Source: Candidatus Magasanikbacteria bacterium RIFOXYC2_FULL_42_28
GTDB taxonomy: Bacteria; Patescibacteriota; Patescibacteriia; Magasanikbacterales; GWA2-37-8
Assembly (NCBI GenBank): GCA_001784435.1
Contig: MFQZ01000008.1
Coordinates: forward strand, 23,347 to 87,346
Length of the DNA stretch: 64,000 nucleotides
Direction of reading: 5' to 3'
Below the pieces are notes generated by a model. It was not told where the DNA came from and did not search any database. It worked only from the letters and a program-made list of their open reading frames with translations. The translations under genes and the position numbers were made by a program. Positions 59,373 through 64,000 of this stretch are shown here, piece after piece. Position 1 is the stretch's first letter; every line of letters begins with the position of its first letter.

Positions 59373-59954
59373 TTAAGTACTGGTTTTATGATTGTTGGGC
59401 TGGACAATTTCGCAAACCGCGCCCGAGTTAATTTTTTGCGCGACAATGTAAATGGAAAAAAATAAACTAATAACCGCGAATAAACCAAACTCGCTCCCCC
59501 GCAACGGCAACGCGCCTAACATATTCGTGGCAATGGAGAATCCAAAGACGGAAGACAATATCACTGAACCACAAGAAGCGCAACCGACACCGAGTAGCCC
59601 TGCCAACATCCCGGCCACGCTCACACCCGCCGCTTTTTGCCACACCGCGCGTTGTTTAAAATAATAAATCAAAAGCGCGCCGTTCAAACCCACAAGCAAC
59701 GCCGTCAAAAATGTCAGTATCAAGGTGGCGGGCCCGAAAGTGGTCAGAAATAGAGTGGTGGCACTACCTAAAATAGAAACACGGTCGCGCCACGAGAACG
59801 CGTCCGAGTGATAAACAAATAAAATCAACGAATAACTGGCCAACCACATTTCCAACAAGGCAAAAATAAGCGCGCTACCAAAAACCGCCCAACGATATTT
59901 GGCCGATGATAGGACAACGCGACAAACACCAATAACATTGGATATTTTCCCCAT
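59373..59954 (-). CDS. polytopic membrane protein with an intramembrane CxxC (GCASCG); possible thiol-disulfide partner of the adjacent DsbA-like gene
   Basis: start taken at MGKISNV; multiple hydrophobic segments. Confidence 0.3.
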   Translation of the reverse strand: MGKISNVIGVCRVVLSSAKYRWAVFGSALIFALLEMWLASYSLILFVYHSDAFSWRDRVSILGSATTLFLTTFGPATLILTFLTALLVGLNGALLIYYFKQRAVWQKAAGVSVAGMLAGLLGVGCASCGSVILSSVFGFSIATNMLGALPLRGSEFGLFAVISLFFSIYIVAQKINSGAVCEIVQPNNHKTST

Positions 59955-60032
59955 AATCAAATTATTTTTCCGGCCATTAAACAAACCCGGGTGGCACTGC
60001 GTTACGCGATGCCACCCGCGCCACACCATATT

Positions 60033-60797
60033 TTAACGAAGCGCCGCGTCAATCGCCGTTTTAATCTGTTCAAACGGCAACGCACCGGGAATAAGCTGTG
60101 CTTGACCGTCTTTACCAATAATGAATGTCCCCGGGGTGCCACTCACGCCCGCGGCCGAACCGGAATTTGTTTCATCTTGAATATGTTGTGCGTATTTACC
60201 GCTATCAAGACAAGTTTTAAACTTACTTTCATTAAGGCCGAGCTCTTTGGCCAAAGAAACGAGCGCGTCAAGCGCGAATCCGGTACCGTTAGAAGTGGTG
60301 CGTTCAAACAACGCATCCAGATATTTCCAAAAAGCGTCATTACCGCCTAACTCATTGGCACATTCCGTGGCTTCGGCTTCTTTTTGAGCGTTAGCATGAA
60401 ATGATAATGGGTAATGGCGATAGACCCACTTTACTTTTCCTTTAAATTCATTCATTACCTGTAACATGGTCGGGTGGAAACGTTTGCAATATGGACATTC
60501 AATATCCGAATATTCAACCAATGTTACCGACCCACTACCGCGCACATGATCGGCTTTCGTGAGTGGCGGAACCGAACCGCTCGGCACGGGCGCGGCCGGT
60601 TGGTTGGGCGCGCTCGGTGCTTGCGCCCCGGCGACAGGAATAGAGTTGCCAACTCCAACAATATTTTTGCTGTTGCCATTTCGCCAATACAGACCAAGCA
60701 AAACTACAAAACCAATAGTGCACAATACCATCACCCCACCAATCAACCCGACAATCAAGGCGCTTTTGGGAGAAAGTTTGTTGAAAAAATCATTCAT
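60033..60797 (-). CDS. DsbA-like thioredoxin-fold thiol:disulfide oxidoreductase with an N-terminal membrane anchor
   Basis: CPYC active site (ECPYCKRFHP); start taken at MNDFFNKL. Confidence 0.7.
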   Translation of the reverse strand: MNDFFNKLSPKSALIVGLIGGVMVLCTIGFVVLLGLYWRNGNSKNIVGVGNSIPVAGAQAPSAPNQPAAPVPSGSVPPLTKADHVRGSGSVTLVEYSDIECPYCKRFHPTMLQVMNEFKGKVKWVYRHYPLSFHANAQKEAEATECANELGGNDAFWKYLDALFERTTSNGTGFALDALVSLAKELGLNESKFKTCLDSGKYAQHIQDETNSGSAAGVSGTPGTFIIGKDGQAQLIPGALPFEQIKTAIDAALR

Positions 60798-60875
60798 ACT
60801 ATAATAATTTTTAATTATTAATATCAAACACGGTGTTTTTAAAAAATCAAAACACCAACACAACCGGTTAACCGC

Positions 60876-61259
60876 CTAAAAAACTTTACCGTGAAGCACG
60901 CCGCCGCTAAATAAAAGAATAAAATAATTCCATATTTCCGCGTTTCCATAACATCGCCGCAACCATAACCAACACCATTTGGGCACGACAATTATCACAG
61001 ACATTGCCGCCAGCGCCATTGCCAAAGAAATCGGTGCGGTCAAATCAAAAATTGCGGAACGAATAAAAGCAACAACCGTGGCGCTGTGAGAGGCGGGATG
61101 AATTTGTTTATCCAAGATATCACAACAAGTAACACCGGGTATGCTAATAATTTGATCCGACACCACAGCCGCAGACGCGCTATGGCAAGAAAATAACGCC
61201 GCACTAATAATTAGCGCTACGAAAAATTTAATTATTGTCGGATTTTTGGACATTGCCAT
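60876..61259 (-). CDS. hypothetical secreted/membrane protein
   Basis: signal-like N-terminus; Cys/Trp-rich. Confidence 0.3.
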   Translation of the reverse strand: MAMSKNPTIIKFFVALIISAALFSCHSASAAVVSDQIISIPGVTCCDILDKQIHPASHSATVVAFIRSAIFDLTAPISLAMALAAMSVIIVVPKWCWLWLRRCYGNAEIWNYFILLFSGGVLHGKVF

Positions 61260-61268
61260 AAATTAAAT

Positions 61269-63644
61269 TTACCCCATCCGACTCAACCTTGCGAAAACAA
61301 AAAATATCACACTAAACCCAACCCCCATCACAACCGGCGCGAAGAGCGACAACCAATTGGTTTTCCCCGGCCGAAACCGACGCAAAAATAATGAATTAAT
61401 AACAACCGATACCGAAGACAACGCCATGGCCAATCCGGCCAATTCCGGTTTTAACACCAAACCAATGCCGGCAAAAACTCGCGCGGCAATTGGAATGCCG
61501 ATGACATTATAGAACAACGCAAAAAACATATTTTGTTTTATTTTGCCCATGGTCTCGCGGCTTAATTGAATCGCGGTCAGCACATCGCGCAAATCGTTTT
61601 TGATAATTACGATGCCACCAGTTTCCATCGCCACGTCTGTGCCACTACCCATTGCAATTCCCAGATCCGCCTGCGCCAACGCCGGCGCGTCGTTTATGCC
61701 GTCCCCCACCATGGCGACTTTCACACCCGCGCTTTGTAATTTTTTCACCTCGTTCGCTTTTTCTTCCGGCAACACCTCGGCCAATACATTTTTAATTCCC
61801 GCTTGACGCGCGATTGCTTCGGCCGTCCGACGATTATCACCGGTAATCATATATACTTCTAGCCCACGCTTCTGCAACATTTTTACCGCTTCCACTGTTG
61901 TCTCTTTAATTGTGTCCGCGACGGCAATCAACCCAACCAAATCATTTTCAATAACCAAAAACATTACGGTCTTCCCCTCTTTTTCCAACTGCTCTACGAC
62001 ATAATTATTAGCGGGCGCAATCACCAAATTATTATCAGCCAATAATTTCCGATTTCCCAATAAAATTTTCTGCTCATTAATTTTACCAACTACACCATGC
62101 CCGGGAACTGCGCTAAATTCCTGTACCTCCAAAAGCACTAAATTTTTCTCCTTGGCCTTATTCACAATCGCATCAGCCAAAGGATGTTCTGACTTGGATT
62201 CTATGGAAGCGGCAATTTGAAGAATTTGATCATTGGGATTTGAAAATTGATTGGAAATTGGAAATTGGAAATTGGAAATTGCGATGATATCCGTCAATTC
62301 CGGCTCTCCCTTAGTCAAAGTCCCGGTTTTATCAAAAACAATCACTTTAATTTTACATGCCGCTTCCAATGGCTCACCCCCTTTGATAAGTACGCCGTGT
62401 TCTGCACCTTTACCCGTGCCAACCATAATCGCGGTCGGCGTGGCGAGGCCCAAAGCGCACGGACAAGCAATAACGATAACGGAGGTAAACGCCATTAACG
62501 CGAACGCGAGCGACGCGCCCAAGAAAAAATACCATACCAAACCGGTCAAAATCGCAATGCCAATTACCGCCGGCACAAAGTAAGCGGAAATTTTATCCGC
62601 GAACGCCGCAATGGGCGCTTTGCTCCCCTGCGCGTCTTCCACCACGCGAATAATTTGCGCGAGCATAGTTTCGCCTCCGACTTTCGTCGCGACAAATTCA
62701 AAACTGCCGTGCTTATTTATGGTGGAACCGATTACCACATCGCCCACATTTTTTTCCACCGGAATACTTTCACCCGTAATCATACTTTCGTCCACAGCTG
62801 ACTGGCCTTTGGCAATTTTTCCATCCACCGGAATTTTTTCACCCGGACGCACGACAATGACATCGCCCGCGACCACCTGTTCAATCGGTACATCCGCCGT
62901 TACACCATTTTTAATTACGCGCGCAGTTTTGGCTTGCAAACCCATTAATTTTTTAATCGCGTCCGAGGTCTGGCCTTTGGTTTTTGCTTCCAACCATTTA
63001 CCTAACACCACGAAAGTAATTAGAAACGCCGCGGTCTCAAAATATAATTCCGGAATTTTCGCGCCGTTTAAGCCGATAAAACTATTGGTGATCCGAACAT
63101 AATTAAGATATTGTACTAAACTGTAAAAGAACGCGGTGCTCGTGCCAATCGCAATCAAACTATCCATGTTGAAAGTTTTCATTTTCAAACTACTCCACAT
63201 TCCTTTGTAAAATCCGGTGCCAATAATAAACTGCACCGGAATGGTCAAAATCAAAGAAATTATTCCGACATAAGGCAATAGTGCCGCTCGGAGTGGAATA
63301 AATGAAAAGAAATCAAACAACATGAAATACAACATCGGCAAAGACAACCCAAAACTCCACCAGAATTTTTTGCCATATCCGGTTAACACAGTCGCGCGCT
63401 CGCGTCTATCCGCCTCCGGATCAGAGTTATCATTCAAACGCGCTTTGTAACCGGCCTTTTCCACCGCCGAAATTAATTGCGCGACGGTCGTGAGCGAAGT
63501 ATCAAACACCACCCGCGCTTTTTCCGCGGCAAAATTTACATTGGCGGTTTGAACGCCCGTCACCTCTTTTAATCCCCGCTCAATCAAAGTGGCGCAAGAC
63601 GCGCAGTGCATGCCTGACAAATTTAATTGTTTATTATCGATCAT
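61269..63644 (-). CDS. copA: copper-translocating P1B-type ATPase with an in-frame repeat-derived insertion in the N-domain
   Basis: HMA domain [11 protein letters not shown] motif, [17 protein letters not shown]; start taken at MIDNKQ. Confidence 0.9.
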   Translation of the reverse strand: MIDNKQLNLSGMHCASCATLIERGLKEVTGVQTANVNFAAEKARVVFDTSLTTVAQLISAVEKAGYKARLNDNSDPEADRRERATVLTGYGKKFWWSFGLSLPMLYFMLFDFFSFIPLRAALLPYVGIISLILTIPVQFIIGTGFYKGMWSSLKMKTFNMDSLIAIGTSTAFFYSLVQYLNYVRITNSFIGLNGAKIPELYFETAAFLITFVVLGKWLEAKTKGQTSDAIKKLMGLQAKTARVIKNGVTADVPIEQVVAGDVIVVRPGEKIPVDGKIAKGQSAVDESMITGESIPVEKNVGDVVIGSTINKHGSFEFVATKVGGETMLAQIIRVVEDAQGSKAPIAAFADKISAYFVPAVIGIAILTGLVWYFFLGASLAFALMAFTSVIVIACPCALGLATPTAIMVGTGKGAEHGVLIKGGEPLEAACKIKVIVFDKTGTLTKGEPELTDIIAISNFQFPISNQFSNPNDQILQIAASIESKSEHPLADAIVNKAKEKNLVLLEVQEFSAVPGHGVVGKINEQKILLGNRKLLADNNLVIAPANNYVVEQLEKEGKTVMFLVIENDLVGLIAVADTIKETTVEAVKMLQKRGLEVYMITGDNRRTAEAIARQAGIKNVLAEVLPEEKANEVKKLQSAGVKVAMVGDGINDAPALAQADLGIAMGSGTDVAMETGGIVIIKNDLRDVLTAIQLSRETMGKIKQNMFFALFYNVIGIPIAARVFAGIGLVLKPELAGLAMALSSVSVVINSLFLRRFRPGKTNWLSLFAPVVMGVGFSVIFFVFARLSRMG
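62236..62282. repeat. GGAAATT-family repeat segment ((TTGGAAA)x4) embedded in-frame in copA, encoding [14 protein letters not shown]
   Basis: seen directly. Confidence 0.6.
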
Positions 63645-63654
63645 ATTTTTATAA

Positions 63655-63999
63655 TTATTGAGAAATACCACTACCACAACCATCAAGCGAACAGGAAATA
63701 TTATCAGCATTTTCTGTTGTGTTAGTATTGGCATTAACCGCTGTATTTTTATCTTCTACCACAATAAATTTCCCACGATACATCCCCATGGAACAAGAAA
63801 ATGGAATCGTGCCCACTTCGGTCGGTGTAAAATTAATAATATTTTCACCGGCGTTAAGCCCTTGATTAATTCCAAATTTGCGCATCACAATCGACGCGGC
63901 GCAAGAATATTGCGAAGTGGAATTGATTATCCATTTAACCGGCCGGCCTTTCACCACGGTAAAAGTATCAGGCGTGTAACCATTATTATTTTGCGTCAT
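63655..63999 (-). CDS. cupredoxin-like copper-binding domain protein, probably N-terminally truncated at the window edge
   Basis: [12 protein letters not shown] resembles a type-1 Cu site region; adjacent to copA. Confidence 0.35.
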   Translation of the reverse strand: MTQNNNGYTPDTFTVVKGRPVKWIINSTSQYSCAASIVMRKFGINQGLNAGENIINFTPTEVGTIPFSCSMGMYRGKFIVVEDKNTAVNANTNTTENADNISCSLDGCGSGISQ

Positions 64000-64000
64000 G

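Noticed and set aside
13823-62282. Whether the GGAAATT/TTGACATT repeats form a CRISPR array
   Set aside because: The copies are themselves long palindromes and are irregularly spaced by whole genes. They have no unique spacers and no cas genes, so they are not CRISPR.

Overview
This 64-kb window reads like a small-genome, CPR/Patescibacteria-like (Parcubacteria-type) bacterial chromosome. That is an inference from gene content: many T4SS-pilin-family paralogs, type IV pilus minor pilins, an unlinked 23S-5S rRNA operon, class-I aldolase, deoxyhypusine-synthase-like and TrmB-like regulators. Coding is dense and mostly on the minus strand.

Main blocks:
- Housekeeping: HAD hydrolase, TrmB regulator, phosphoribosyltransferase, aldolase, HD hydrolase, 23S+5S rRNA (minus), transaldolase, tRNA-Leu, pnp-rpsO, NYN protein, tRNA-Arg and tRNA-His.
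- A roughly 16.5-kb integrated defense island at tRNA-His (14.05-30.6 kb). It carries a large serine recombinase, small mobile-element cargo genes, Fic, and a type I RM system (hsdM, HEPN-like ORF, hsdS, hsdR). A YgjP/M48-like peptidase follows, then a C5-cytosine methyltransferase paired with a MORC-like GHKL ATPase.
- A 12.6-kb same-strand surface-structure supercluster (31.1-43.7 kb). It holds eight tandem, diversified paralogs of a two-TM T4SS-pilin-like family with a W(M)TAGGNDE..TKAK core, a GT2 glycosyltransferase, a solute-binding protein, GalU, a PilX-like protein and two prepilin-type pseudopilins. The paralogs are interleaved with about 115-bp AT-rich palindromic repeats (GGAAATTGGAAATTTGGATTTTGACATT family) that carry outward-facing TTGACA boxes.
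- TA/Abi modules (HEPN/MNT, HicAB, AbiEi/AbiEii), then ftsK and recA. A wHTH-GHKL-ATPase plus STAS-like pair sits behind a perfect consensus sigma70 promoter with three CGCTTAGCG palindromes and a C12 tract. Two genes of unknown function lie behind near-identical roughly 82-bp promoter repeats that carry poly-C(10/11) tracts in the -35/-10 spacer and a perfect DnaA box.
- A copper/redox cluster: DsbA-like, CxxC membrane protein, CopA and a cupredoxin-like ORF. CopA carries an in-frame insertion derived from the palindromic repeat family.

No CRISPR array was seen.
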